Translations under genes and position numbers: made by a program
Shown here: one piece after another, positions 19,270 through 29,377 of the stretch
Numbering within the stretch: the stretch's first letter is position 1
Layout of the letters: each line of letters opens with the position of its first letter
Notes under the pieces: model-generated
Database searches by the model: none
The model's input: only the letters and a program-made list of their open reading frames with translations
What the model was told of the DNA's origin: nothing
Origin: a bacterium
GTDB lineage: Bacteria; Chloroflexota; Dormibacteria; Aeolococcales; Bog-877
Assembly: GCA_021827985.1 (NCBI GenBank)
Contig: JAKATL010000007.1
Span: forward strand, 13,764-77,763
Direction: 5' to 3'
Length of the DNA: 64,000 nt

Positions 19270-22200
19270 ATGTTGAAGTCGCAGCCGTCCCCCCGGAGCC
19301 CGGGGCCGCCCGCCGCCACGCCTCCCGACTGGGGCGCTGATCCGGGCCGTGCCAGCTGCGGCGTGGGGTTCGTGGCCACCTCGGACGGATCGCCGTCGCG
19401 CCGGATCGTGGACCTGGGGCTGCTGGCGCTGGCGCGCCTCGGCCACCGGGGGGCGGTTGGGGCCGACGGGGCGACCGGGGACGGAGCCGGCGTGATGCTC
19501 GACACCCCTTGGCGCCTCCTCCGTCGCGAGGCGGGGGAGGCGGGGGTGCGCCTCCCTCCGCCTGATGCCGGGGCGGTGGCGGTGGTGTTCCTGCCCCGGC
19601 GGGGCGGAGACCGGGCGGCGGTGCGCGCGGCGCTGGAGCGTGCCAGCCGGAACGAGGGCATGGAGCCGGTCTGGTGGCGCCAGGTGCCCTGCCGCCCGGC
19701 CGTGGCGGGTCCGATCGCCAGGGCGGGCCGCCCCGACGTCTGGCAGCTCGTGGTCGACACCGGCGGCGGCGAGAGCGGGCTCGAGGCCGGCCTCTTCCGG
19801 CTGCGCAAGCGGGCCGAGGCCCGGGTCCGAGGGATCCATTTGGAGCATGCCCAGAGCCGTGCCCAGTTCTCGATCGCCAGCCTCTCGGGGCGGACCCTCG
19901 TGTACAAGGGTCAGCTCACCGCAGCTCAGCTGCCGCGCTTCTACCCGGACCTGCGCGACCCGGAACTGGAGAGCCGGATGGTGATCTTCCACCAGCGCTT
20001 CAGCACCAACACCGAGCCCGACTGGAAGCTGGCCCAGCCCTTCCGCTTCCTGGCGCACAACGGCGAGATCAACACCGTCCGGGGCAACCGCAACTGGATG
20101 CGGGCCCGGGCGGGCAGCTGGCGACAGGGGGTCTGCGGGCTGCGGCCCGCCGAGCTGCTGCCCATCCTGGAGCCAGGAGCCAGTGACTCTGCGGACCTCG
20201 ACTGTGCGGTCGAGCTGCTCCTGCGCAGCGGACGGCCGCTGCCTCAGGCCCTGCTCATGCTCATCCCCGAGGCCTGGGAGAACTCCCCCGAAACTCCGGC
20301 GGCGCTGCGCGACTTCTACGCCTACCACGCCAACCTCCTGGAGCCCTGGGACGGCCCGGCCGCCCTGGCGTTCAGCGACGGCCGGGTGGTGGGGTCCGCC
20401 CTCGACCGCAATGGCCTGAGGCCCCTGCGCTTCGCCGTCAGCCGGGGCGGTCTGATCGTGCTCGCCTCCGAGGCCGGGGTGGTGGACATTCCCCCGGCCG
20501 ACACCGCGGAGCTGGGCCGGCTGCAGCCCGGCGAGATGCTGGTCCTGGACCTCGAACGGGGCGCACTGCTCCGGGACGCCGAGCTCAAGCGCGAGGTGGC
20601 ATCGCGCGCCCCCTGGGGGCGTTGGGAGCGGGAGCGGGTGGTGATCGCTCCCGACGAGCGCGGGAAGGACGGCACCGCTGAGCTGCCGGTCCCCACCCTG
20701 GGCGATCTCCTCCCCCAGCACGTCCACTTCGGGTACACCCAGGAGCAGCTGCAGGAGGTCCTGGCGCCGGCGGCGGCGTCCGGGCACGAATCCGTGGCCT
20801 CCATGGGCAACGACGCCGCCCCGGCGGCGCTGTCCAAGCGACCCCGTCTCCTCTTCGACTTCTTCCTGCAGGGTTTCGCCCAGGTGACTAACCCCCCCTT
20901 GGACCACATTCGGGAGCGGCGGGTCATGTCCCTGCGCGCCACCTTGGGGCCGGGCGGCGACCTGCTGGCCCAAGATCCGGGGGTGGCCCGTAGAGTCGAG
21001 CTGCGCAGCCCGGTGCTCGGGGATGCGGAGCTCCGCTGGTTGTGTGGGCGGCGGTCCCCGCTCAGCTCCCGCACGCTGAGCCTGGGATTCGCCACCGACC
21101 CCGGGGACCTGGAGGCCGCGCTCCATGATTTGGGCCGGGCCGCCGACGCCGCCGTGAGGGACGGAGTCCAGTTGCTGGTACTCAGTGACCGCCAGCTGGG
21201 CCCGGAGGAGGCGGCGGTCCCCAGCCTGCTGGCCCTCGGCTACGTCCACCACCACCTGGTGCGGCGCGGACGGCGCACCAGGCTCAGCCTGGTGGTGGAG
21301 TCGGGGGAGCCGGCGAGCACCCACGACCTGGCGTGCCTGGTCGGGCATGGCGCTGAGGCCGTCAACCCCTACCTGGCGCTGGCCACCGTCTCCGCCCTGG
21401 CCAGCTCGGGAGAGCTCGGCCCCCGAGCCTCGCGCCGGGAGGCGCGGGCGCGGTACCGGGCCGCGCTGGAGGAGGGGCTGCTCAAGGTGATGTCGAAGAT
21501 GGGCATCTCCACCCTGGCCAGCTACTGTGGCGCCCAGGTCTTCGAGATCGTCGGTCTGGGGCCGGAGGTGGCCGCTCTCTGCTTTCCGGGGACCCCCTCC
21601 CGAGTGGGTGGCATGGGCTTCCAACAGATCGGCTCAACCGCCTTAGAGCGCCGCCGGCAGGCTCTGGAGGCGAAGGAGCTCGACCTCGGCGGAGACCACC
21701 GCTGGCGGGAGGGGGCGGAGGTTCACGGCTGGAGTCCGGGCGCGGTGGCCAACCTCCAGCAGGCGGTCCGGGACGGTCTGGAAGGACGCTTCGAAAACTT
21801 CCGCCGCTGGGCGGACGGGGAGGCGAGCGCACCCTTCGTCCTGCGTCACCTGATGGAGCCGGTGCTCGGGCCTGCGGTGCCTCTGGAGGAGGTGGAGCCG
21901 GCCACCGAGATCGTGCGCCGGTTTGCCACCGGGGCGATGTCCCTGGGATCGCTGGGTCCTGAGGCCCACCTGACCCTGGCTCTGGCGATGAACCGGCTGG
22001 GGGCCAAGAGCAACACCGGCGAGGGCGGCGAGGACCCCGCACGCGCCCTCCTCCGCGCCGACGGCTGGTCGGGCCGCAGCGCCATCAAACAGGTCGCCTC
22101 GGCCCGCTTCGGGGTCACCATCGGCTATCTGGTGAGCGCGGATGACCTTCAGATCAAGATCGCCCAGGGCGCCAAGCCCGGAGAGGGCGGACAGCTGCCG

Positions 22201-23808
22201 GGCCACAAGGTGGACCCGGCCATCGCCCGGCTCCGCCACTCCGCCGCGGGGTTGGAACTCATCTCCCCGCCTCCGCACCATGACATCTACTCCATCGAGG
22301 ACCTGGCCCAGCTGATCTGGGACCTGAAGCAGACGAACCCCTCGGCCCGGGTTTCGGTGAAGCTGGTGGCGGCGCCAGGCGTGGGCACGGTGGCCGCCGG
22401 CGTCGTCAAGGCGCGGGCCGACCACCTCACCATCTCCGGCCAGGAGGGAGGGACCGGGGCCGCCCCCCGGGCCTCGATCAAACATGCCGGGTTGCCCTGG
22501 GAGCTGGGGCTGGCGGACACCCAGCAGGCGCTGGTGCGGCAGGGGCTGCGCTCTCGGGTGGCGGTTCAGGTGGACGGAGGGCTGCGTACCGGCCGCGACG
22601 TGGTGGTGGCGGCCATGCTGGGGGCGGAGGAGTTCGGCTTCGGGACCGCAGCCCTGGTGGCATCCGGCTGCGTCCTGATGCGGGCCTGCCACCTCAACAC
22701 CTGCCCGGTGGGGATCGCCACCCAGGACCCGGAGCTGCGGCGCCGCTTCGCGGGCACGCCGGAGCATGTCATCCGCTACTTCATGCTGGTGGCGGAGGAT
22801 GCCCGGGGGTGGCTCGCCCGTCTGGGGTGGAGGTCTTTGGCCGAGGCCGTGGGCCAGGTGGAGCGGCTGCGAGGCGCCCCCGGGGCGTCCCTGGATCTCT
22901 CCGCCCTCCTCGCCCCTCCCGTGGCGCGGGCCGCTCGCCACCTCCGCTCCGAGGCACGCCGCCAGGCCCTGGCCCGGCGGCGACTGCAGGACCAGGATCA
23001 TCGCCTGGGATCAGCCCTGGACGGCACCATCCTGAAGCGGTTGGGTCCCCGGCTGGCGCGAGGCGAGCCGGCAGAGCTGTGCTTGCCGGTGAGCAACCGT
23101 CACCGCACGGTCGGCGCCATGCTCAGCGGAGAGGTGGCGCGGGTGCATGGCGAAGGTGGGCTGGAGCCGGGAACCTTTACCATCCGCCTTCGCGGCGTGG
23201 CCGGGCAGAGCCTGGGCGCCTTCCTCTGCCGGGGGGTGGCGGTCAGCTGCGTGGGGGCGGCCAACGACTATCCGGGCAAGGGGCTGAGCGGCGGGCGGTT
23301 GGCCGTGCGCCCGCCCGCCCGGCTCCGGTCCCGGGCCTCCCAGCTGGTCATCGCCGGCAACGTGGCCCTCTACGGGGCCACCTCCGGCGAGGCCTACTTC
23401 GCCGGCCTGGCGGGGGAGCGCTTTGCGGTCCGCAACAGCGGCGCCGACGCGGTCGTGGAAGGGGTGGGGGACCACGGCTGCGAATACATGACCGGCGGGA
23501 CGGTGCTGATCCTGGGTCCGGTGGGGCGGAACTTCGGGGCGGGGATGACCGGGGGTCTGGCCCTCGTGCTCCACGGCGAGCCAGTCGCCCCCCACCTCGA
23601 TTCGCGCTCGGTGTGGGCCAGCTCCGCCTCCCCGGATGAGGAGGAGCTGGTGCGCTCGCTCCTGGAGCGGCATTTCCGATACACCGGAAGTGCGCGAGCC
23701 GCCCGCCTCCTCCGGGACTGGCCCCGCAGCGTCCGCTGGCTGGAGGTGGTGCGTCCCCGGGATCCCGCGGCGCGTCCCACGGTGGCGGCGCTGGCAGCGG
23801 GCGGCTGA
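19270..23808 (+). CDS. gltB: glutamate synthase large subunit
   Basis: ~1510 aa. The N-terminal Ntn amidotransferase domain begins at CGVGFVATSDG. Central glutamate synthase/FMN (TIM barrel) regions show GEGGE, LISPPPHHDIYSIEDL and ADTQQALV. A C-terminal GXGXG domain follows. The start was placed at the ATG immediately upstream of the Cys-1 segment. Confidence 0.95.
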   Translation: MLKSQPSPRSPGPPAATPPDWGADPGRASCGVGFVATSDGSPSRRIVDLGLLALARLGHRGAVGADGATGDGAGVMLDTPWRLLRREAGEAGVRLPPPDAGAVAVVFLPRRGGDRAAVRAALERASRNEGMEPVWWRQVPCRPAVAGPIARAGRPDVWQLVVDTGGGESGLEAGLFRLRKRAEARVRGIHLEHAQSRAQFSIASLSGRTLVYKGQLTAAQLPRFYPDLRDPELESRMVIFHQRFSTNTEPDWKLAQPFRFLAHNGEINTVRGNRNWMRARAGSWRQGVCGLRPAELLPILEPGASDSADLDCAVELLLRSGRPLPQALLMLIPEAWENSPETPAALRDFYAYHANLLEPWDGPAALAFSDGRVVGSALDRNGLRPLRFAVSRGGLIVLASEAGVVDIPPADTAELGRLQPGEMLVLDLERGALLRDAELKREVASRAPWGRWERERVVIAPDERGKDGTAELPVPTLGDLLPQHVHFGYTQEQLQEVLAPAAASGHESVASMGNDAAPAALSKRPRLLFDFFLQGFAQVTNPPLDHIRERRVMSLRATLGPGGDLLAQDPGVARRVELRSPVLGDAELRWLCGRRSPLSSRTLSLGFATDPGDLEAALHDLGRAADAAVRDGVQLLVLSDRQLGPEEAAVPSLLALGYVHHHLVRRGRRTRLSLVVESGEPASTHDLACLVGHGAEAVNPYLALATVSALASSGELGPRASRREARARYRAALEEGLLKVMSKMGISTLASYCGAQVFEIVGLGPEVAALCFPGTPSRVGGMGFQQIGSTALERRRQALEAKELDLGGDHRWREGAEVHGWSPGAVANLQQAVRDGLEGRFENFRRWADGEASAPFVLRHLMEPVLGPAVPLEEVEPATEIVRRFATGAMSLGSLGPEAHLTLALAMNRLGAKSNTGEGGEDPARALLRADGWSGRSAIKQVASARFGVTIGYLVSADDLQIKIAQGAKPGEGGQLPGHKVDPAIARLRHSAAGLELISPPPHHDIYSIEDLAQLIWDLKQTNPSARVSVKLVAAPGVGTVAAGVVKARADHLTISGQEGGTGAAPRASIKHAGLPWELGLADTQQALVRQGLRSRVAVQVDGGLRTGRDVVVAAMLGAEEFGFGTAALVASGCVLMRACHLNTCPVGIATQDPELRRRFAGTPEHVIRYFMLVAEDARGWLARLGWRSLAEAVGQVERLRGAPGASLDLSALLAPPVARAARHLRSEARRQALARRRLQDQDHRLGSALDGTILKRLGPRLARGEPAELCLPVSNRHRTVGAMLSGEVARVHGEGGLEPGTFTIRLRGVAGQSLGAFLCRGVAVSCVGAANDYPGKGLSGGRLAVRPPARLRSRASQLVIAGNVALYGATSGEAYFAGLAGERFAVRNSGADAVVEGVGDHGCEYMTGGTVLILGPVGRNFGAGMTGGLALVLHGEPVAPHLDSRSVWASSASPDEEELVRSLLERHFRYTGSARAARLLRDWPRSVRWLEVVRPRDPAARPTVAALAAGG

Positions 23809-23811
23809 GCC

Positions 23812-25224
23812 ATGCCCGACCCCCTCGGCTTCATCCGGCTGGCGCGTGCCACCGCTCCGGAGCGTCCGGTGGCCGAGCGGGTCCGCGACCACGCTGAGGT
23901 GCACCTGCCCATGCCGCCGTCTGAGGTGGCGGTCCAAGCGCGCCGCTGCATGGGCTGTGCCGTGCCCTTCTGCCACCACGGCTGTCCGCTGCACAACTAC
24001 ATTCCCGACTGGAACCGTCTGGTGGAAGGGGCGGATTGGCGGCGGGCGCTGGAGATGCTCGAGCGCACCAACAACTTCCCGGAATTCACCGGCCGCCTGT
24101 GTCCGGCGCCCTGCGAGCCGGCCTGCGTGCTGGCGATCAATGCCGAGCCGGTGGCCATCAAGGAGGTGGAGCTGGCCATCGTCGAGCGGGGCTTCGCGGA
24201 AGGTTGGATTCGCCCTCGCCGGCCCGCCCGACTCTCGGGACAAAGCGTCGCCGTGGTCGGCTCCGGCCCGGCCGGGCTGGCCGCCGCCCAGCAGCTGGCG
24301 CGACTGGGGCACCGGGTGACCGTGTTCGAGCGCCAGGACCTTCCGGGAGGGCTCCTGCGCTACGGGATTCCCGACTACAAGCTGCCCAAGTCCATCCTCG
24401 ACCGGAGGCTCGCCCAGATGGTGGAGGAGGGGGTGACGTTCCTCTGCGGCCGTCCCGCGGCGGCCCTGTACGGACCCTGGGGGCTGCTGGCCCAGTTCGA
24501 CGCCGTCTGCCTCGCCGTCGGGTGCCGCCAGCTCCGCGACCTTGCCCTGCCCGGCCGCGACCTGTCCGGGATCTACCCCGCCATGGACTACCTGGAGGGC
24601 CGCAATCGGTGGGTGGATGGCCGGCCCCAGGCCGGGGCGCCCTCGGCCGCCGGGCGCAACGTGGTGATCCTCGGCGGTGGGGACACCGGGGCCGACTGCC
24701 TGGGGAGCGTTCTGCGCGAGGGGTGCGCCTCGGTGCGCCAGCTGGAATTGCTCCCCGAGCCCCCGCCGAGTCGGGCGGCGGACAACCCCTGGCCGGAGTG
24801 GCCCCGGGTGATGCGCTGGTCTCCCGCCCACGAGGAAGGGGGTGAGCGCGCCTTCGGAGTGGAGACCCTCGCCTTCGTGGGGGAGCACCGGCGGGTCACG
24901 GGACTGCGGGTGCGCCGCCTCCGGGCCGGCCCCGGCGGAAGCCTCGAGGCCGTCCCGGGCTCTGGAAGCGTGATGCCCGCCGACCTGGTGTTGCTGGCCA
25001 TGGGGTTCACCGGGCCCCGGGCCGGCGACCTCCCGCCGGAGCTGCAGGGTGCGCTGGGCGAGCGCGGCACCCTCCCGGTGGGCAGTGGGGGCACCACCTC
25101 GGTCCCCGCAGTCTTCGCCTGCGGCGACGTGGTCGAGGGCGCCTCCTTGGTGGTGCGTGCCATCGCCTCTGGACGGCGCTGTGCCGAGACGATCCACGAG
25201 AAGCTGGCGGGGCAGCTCGATTAG
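23812..25224 (+). CDS. gltD: glutamate synthase small subunit (NAD(P)H-dependent)
   Basis: The Fe-S cluster region is CMGCAVPFCHHGCPLHNYIPDW...CPAPCEPACV. FAD/NAD(P) Rossmann motifs VAVVGSGPAGLAAA and VVILGGGDTGADC are present. It starts 4 nt after the gltB stop. Confidence 0.95.
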   Translation: MPDPLGFIRLARATAPERPVAERVRDHAEVHLPMPPSEVAVQARRCMGCAVPFCHHGCPLHNYIPDWNRLVEGADWRRALEMLERTNNFPEFTGRLCPAPCEPACVLAINAEPVAIKEVELAIVERGFAEGWIRPRRPARLSGQSVAVVGSGPAGLAAAQQLARLGHRVTVFERQDLPGGLLRYGIPDYKLPKSILDRRLAQMVEEGVTFLCGRPAAALYGPWGLLAQFDAVCLAVGCRQLRDLALPGRDLSGIYPAMDYLEGRNRWVDGRPQAGAPSAAGRNVVILGGGDTGADCLGSVLREGCASVRQLELLPEPPPSRAADNPWPEWPRVMRWSPAHEEGGERAFGVETLAFVGEHRRVTGLRVRRLRAGPGGSLEAVPGSGSVMPADLVLLAMGFTGPRAGDLPPELQGALGERGTLPVGSGGTTSVPAVFACGDVVEGASLVVRAIASGRRCAETIHEKLAGQLD

Positions 25225-25374
25225 GCCCGCGCAGCGACCAGCCTCGGGGTATTGCTACCAATACTAAGCCTAGGATTTGTGGGTATCGGCTGGACCACCG
25301 CCCGGCGCCCGGACCTAACATCGGGGCCAGCAACAAAAGTCCCGCGGCGCCCGCACCGCGGTGGAGGCCGGCCC

Positions 25375-26760
25375 ATGTACATCCCGTCTCCTTCGTTCGT
25401 CAACCCGGGAGACAACGCCTGGCAGCTGACCGCGGCCACCTTCGTCGGCCTGCAGTCGATCCCCGGCCTGGCGATCCTGTATGGGGGGCTGGTCAAGCGC
25501 AAGTGGGCGGTGAGCTCGGCGCTCTTCGCCATCTACGCCTTCGCGGCGGTGCTCGTGGTCTGGGTCCTGGCCGGCTTCAGCATGGGGTTCGGCCGCCCCA
25601 TGATCGGGAGCCTGGTGGGGATCCCCCAGCCGGTGCTGAGCGCCTTGACCGAGGAGGGACAGGCAACCATCCCCCTCCTCAAGGGCCTCATGCCCCAGTT
25701 CGCGTTTCCGCAGTCATCGTTGATCTACTTCCAGTTCGTCTTCGCGGCGATCGCCCCGGTGATCCTGGCCGGCGCCATCTTCGGACGGATGAGCCTCAAG
25801 GCCTGGATGGTATTCGTGCCGGTGTGGTCGCTCCTCGTCTACAGCGTCAACGCCTTCATGATTTGGGGGGGTGGCTGGCTGGCCCAGCTGGGGGTGGTGG
25901 ACTACAGCGGCGGCTACGTCATTCACGTGGCGGCCGGGATCTCCGGCTTCGTGGCGGCGCTGATGGTCGGCCCCCGCACCCTCAAGGACCAGAGGGACTT
26001 CAAGCCCAACAACATGCTCCTGGCGGTGGCCGGCGCCGGCATCCTCTGGCTGGGTTGGAACGGTTTCAACGGCGGTGATCCGTACTTCGCCAACGGCGAC
26101 GCCGCGGCGGCCGTCCTGAACACCAACCTGGCCACCGCCGTGGCCCTGCTGGCCTGGTTCTTTCTCGACATCCTGCTCAACCGCAAGCTGTCCGTGGCCG
26201 GCGCCATCAATGGCATGATCTGCGGGCTGGTGGCGATCACCCCGGCGGCTGGGTACGTCGACGGGCTCGGGGCCATCGCGGTCGGGCTGCTGGGGGCAGT
26301 TGTGCCCTGGTACGCCATGAACCGCCTCGCCGGGCGCTGGCCCTTCAAGCACGCCGACGACACCCTCGGCGTGGTGCACACCCACTTTCTGGCGGGCGCG
26401 GTCGGCGGCCTCCTGGTTGGTCTCCTGGCGGACCCGGCGATGGTGGTGTACACGGGCATCCGCGGGACCTCCTCAGCCGCTGTGGCCGGGGCCTTCTACG
26501 GCAACCCCCACCAGCTGCTGCTGCAGTTCGTGGGCCTGGCGGTGGTCTCGGTCTACTCCGGGGCCATGACCGCTGGCATTCTCAAAGCCATCTCCCTGGT
26601 GGTGCCGCTGCGCATGACGGAGCGCGAGCTGGAAGGGGGTGACCGGCTGATCTTCAACGAGGAGGTCTTCGAGCTCCACCACCCCATCCCGCCCCCCGAG
26701 CCCATCGAGGCGCCAGGTCTGGTGAGCATCGACCGGGATCCAGCCCCGGCGTCGGGGTAG
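25375..26760 (+). CDS. amt: ammonium transporter (Amt family)
   Basis: Eleven predicted TM helices carry Amt signatures (DNAWQLTAATFVGLQSIPGLAILYGG, DYSGGYVIHVAAGISGFVAAL, GWNGFNGGDPY, the twin-His region HTHFLAGAVGGL). The gene sits directly downstream of gltBD. Confidence 0.9.
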   Translation: MYIPSPSFVNPGDNAWQLTAATFVGLQSIPGLAILYGGLVKRKWAVSSALFAIYAFAAVLVVWVLAGFSMGFGRPMIGSLVGIPQPVLSALTEEGQATIPLLKGLMPQFAFPQSSLIYFQFVFAAIAPVILAGAIFGRMSLKAWMVFVPVWSLLVYSVNAFMIWGGGWLAQLGVVDYSGGYVIHVAAGISGFVAALMVGPRTLKDQRDFKPNNMLLAVAGAGILWLGWNGFNGGDPYFANGDAAAAVLNTNLATAVALLAWFFLDILLNRKLSVAGAINGMICGLVAITPAAGYVDGLGAIAVGLLGAVVPWYAMNRLAGRWPFKHADDTLGVVHTHFLAGAVGGLLVGLLADPAMVVYTGIRGTSSAAVAGAFYGNPHQLLLQFVGLAVVSVYSGAMTAGILKAISLVVPLRMTERELEGGDRLIFNEEVFELHHPIPPPEPIEAPGLVSIDRDPAPASG

Positions 26761-26766
26761 CTGTCT

Positions 26767-26809
26767 TCCCCCGCGGCGGCGGCCCCGCCGGGGCCGCCGC
26801 CGCGGGGAC
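26767..26809 (+). terminator. GC-rich perfect hairpin (18-bp stem, 4-nt loop) immediately after the amt stop; candidate intrinsic terminator
   Basis: CCCCGCGGCGGCGGCCCC-GCCG-GGGGCCGCCGCCGCGGGG forms a perfect stem. There is no U-tract, as is common in high-GC genomes. Confidence 0.45.
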
Positions 26810-27391
26810 CTCCCCAAACCCCGGGGCGCACCGCTCTCCGGCTGGCCCATCACGCCGCCGAGAGCCCCGCCCGGCGATCGGAAACGCCCCTCCGGGCCCG
26901 GCCGTGCTTGCGGGCCTGCACCCGCACCGGACCGGGCCGTGAGCAGAAGGTGGAAGCCCCCGGATGCTCACGGCCGCCAGGCGGTCGACAGCACCGTCCC
27001 TTTGTTCTCGGCGATGAGCCGGACCGGACAGCGCAGCAGGTGACACGGCTCCCGCCTTCGGGTCGTCCACCGTCGGTTTCCAGCTCCAGGACCCGCTCGC
27101 CTTGTGGCCCGGATGGGCCGGAGCCGCCGCTCCCGGAGCGGGCTCCCTCCTGCTCGAGCTGCGGGCCGGTCCTGGAGCGAGGCCTCAACGCCGCGACCAC
27201 CCTCGCCGGGCGGGCCCACTGGGCCGTCGCCGCCAGGGCGGTGGAGTCGTCCACCGCCGGTGGAGCCGACTGTGGGGCCGGACTCCGACCGGGGGGTGGT
27301 GGGGAGGGGGGAACCGGGACCCACCCGGAGCCCACCGCCCTCAGTGGTGGTTCTCAGACCGGTGCCGCTCCTGTCGTGGCTCGAGGAACGG

Positions 27392-28021
27392 TCAGCGCCG
27401 TCCCGCCCCTGGCGATCGCCCGGCGCGGTGGCGGCGCTGCAGCTCCTCCATGACGTCGGCCAGTTGCAGATCGCGCGCGGTCAGGAGCACGGCCGTGTGA
27501 AACCAGAGGTCGGCCACCTCCGCCACCAACTGCCCCTGGCTGTCCTGGTGGGCGGCCAGGATCACCTCGACCGCCTCCTCGCCGACCTTGCGGGAGATGG
27601 ACGGGATCCCCGCCTCGAGGAGGGCCGCCGTGTAGGAGCCCGGGGGCGGCGCCTGGCGGCGCTGGCGCAGCGTGTCCTGCAGCTGCTCGAGCGTGATACC
27701 GGGCTGGGGGAAGCAGGACCGCCGGCCGAGGTGGCAGGCCGGCCCCTGCGCCCGGACCGAGACCAGGAGCGCGTCGCCGTCGCAGTCGGCCTGGATCGCC
27801 GCCACCAGCATCACCGCTCCGGAGGACTCCCCCTTGCGCCAGAGGCGCTGGCGGCTGCGGCTGTAGAAGTGAGCCTCTCCGGTCTCCGCGGTCAGCTGCA
27901 GCGCCTGGCGATCCATGTAGGCGACCATGAGGACGGCGCCACTGAGCGCGTCTTGGACCACGGCCGGGACCAGACCCGCCCCGTCGAAGCGCACGCCCGC
28001 GGGCACCTTAAGGGTCATAGC
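27392..28021 (-). CDS. hisI: bifunctional phosphoribosyl-AMP cyclohydrolase / phosphoribosyl-ATP pyrophosphatase
   Basis: The HisI part shows [58 protein letters not shown]...DCDGDALLV...[12 protein letters not shown]. The HisE part shows [27 protein letters not shown]...[16 protein letters not shown]. The start was trimmed to MTLKV. Confidence 0.85.
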   Translation of the reverse strand, partial: AMTLKVPAGVRFDGAGLVPAVVQDALSGAVLMVAYMDRQALQLTAETGEAHFYSRSRQRLWRKGESSGAVMLVAAIQADCDGDALLVSVRAQGPACHLGRRSCFPQPGITLEQLQDTLRQRRQAPPPGSYTAALLEAGIPSISRKVGEEAVEVILAAHQDSQGQLVAEVADLWFHTAVLLTARDLQLADVMEELQRRHRAGRSPGAGRR

Positions 28022-28770
28022 CGTACCTTGACCCCTTCGGAGTGCAGGCGCGCCTTGACCGCTGCCACCGTCCACCGGCCCGAGTGAAAGATGGAGGCAG
28101 CCAGTGCTGCATCGGCGTGGCCGGCGGTGAGCACCGCGACCAGGTCCTCCGGTCCCCCGGCCCCGCCCGAGGCGATCACCGGGATACGCACGCTGTCGGC
28201 GACCGCTCGGGTGAGTTCCAGGTCGTAGCCGCCGGCGCCACCGTCTGCGTCGATGCTGGTCACCAGGAGTTCGCCGGCTCCCAGCCTTTCCAGTTCAGCG
28301 GCCCACCCCAGGGCGTCGAGACCACTGGGGCGGCGGGCCCCATGGGTGTAAACCTCCCAACCCTGCTGGCGGCGCCGCGCGTCGATCGAGACCACCACGC
28401 ACTGAGAGCCGAAGGTCGCGGCCGCGCGGGCGACCAGATCAGGCCTGGCCACGGCGGCGGTCTGCACCCCCACCTTGTCGGCGCCGGCGCGCAGCAGGTC
28501 GCGGAAATCGGACAGGGACCGGACCCCGCCGCCCACCGTGAAGGGGATGGAGAGCTCGCGAGCGACCCGGGTCACCATGTCGAGGGTCGCCGGGCGGCTC
28601 TCGATGGTGGCGTTGACGTCCAGGAGGACCAGTTCATCGGCTCCCTCCTCGGCATAGGCCCGGGCGCGCTCGACCGGGTCTCCCTGGTCTCGCAGACGGC
28701 GGAACTGGATCCCCTTGACCACCCGGCCGTCCGCCACATCCAGGCAGGGTATGACGCGCTTAGCCAGCAT
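28015..28770 (-). CDS. hisF: imidazole glycerol phosphate synthase, cyclase subunit
   Basis: [23 protein letters not shown]...[12 protein letters not shown]...[10 protein letters not shown]...[12 protein letters not shown]...EVYTHGAR...[15 protein letters not shown] is the conserved HisF pattern. Confidence 0.95.
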   Translation of the reverse strand: MLAKRVIPCLDVADGRVVKGIQFRRLRDQGDPVERARAYAEEGADELVLLDVNATIESRPATLDMVTRVARELSIPFTVGGGVRSLSDFRDLLRAGADKVGVQTAAVARPDLVARAAATFGSQCVVVSIDARRRQQGWEVYTHGARRPSGLDALGWAAELERLGAGELLVTSIDADGGAGGYDLELTRAVADSVRIPVIASGGAGGPEDLVAVLTAGHADAALAASIFHSGRWTVAAVKARLHSEGVKVRL

Positions 28771-29377
28771 CGAACCCGGGGGCGCTCAGCCCAGCGAAGT
28801 TCCTCAGCAAGCGCAGCCCGGCCGTTCCGCTGCGTTCCGGGTGGAACTGCACCCCGGCCAGCGGGCCGGCGGTCACCGCGCTCACGAAGGACACTCCGTG
28901 GGTGGTGCGGGCGCAGGCCACCTCGCCCGACAGCGGCTCCGCCACGTAGGAGTGGGTGAAGTAGAAGGCCTCACCGTCCACCCCCTCCAGGAGGGCGCTC
29001 CAGCGGGTGCTCTCGACCGTGTTCCAGCCCGTGTGAGGAACCTTCTCCCAGGTGGCGAGGCGCACCACCCGCCCGGGGATGACTCCCAGGCAGGGCTGGC
29101 CGTCCTCCGCACTCCGGTCGAAGAGGAGCTGGAGCCCCAGGCAGATGCCGAGGTACGGTCGGCCCGACCGCAGGAAGGCCTGCAGGGCCGGCAGGAGGCC
29201 GGATGTTCGCAGCCCGGCCATGGCCGCCCCTGCCGCCCCGACCCCGGGGAAGATCAGGGCGTCGACGGCGTCCAGCTGGCTCGGGGTGCGCACCAAGGTC
29301 CAGGCCGTCTCCAGCCGGTCCAGCGCATAACCCACGCTGGCGAGGTTGCCGCCGCCCAGGTCCAGCACTCCGATCAC
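28760..29377 (-). CDS. hisH: imidazole glycerol phosphate synthase, glutamine amidotransferase subunit
   Basis: The class-I glutamine amidotransferase triad context is present ([15 protein letters not shown]...[14 protein letters not shown]...[13 protein letters not shown]...[10 protein letters not shown]). Confidence 0.9.
   Translation of the reverse strand: MIGVLDLGGGNLASVGYALDRLETAWTLVRTPSQLDAVDALIFPGVGAAGAAMAGLRTSGLLPALQAFLRSGRPYLGICLGLQLLFDRSAEDGQPCLGVIPGRVVRLATWEKVPHTGWNTVESTRWSALLEGVDGEAFYFTHSYVAEPLSGEVACARTTHGVSFVSAVTAGPLAGVQFHPERSGTAGLRLLRNFAGLSAPGFDAG

Noticed and set aside
19177-21624. 815-aa minus-strand ORF (and 21643..23001, 23011..25197) antisense to gltB/gltD
   Set aside because: Long open antisense frames are expected at this GC content. 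gltB/gltD motifs are unambiguous and the antisense translations are non-protein-like.
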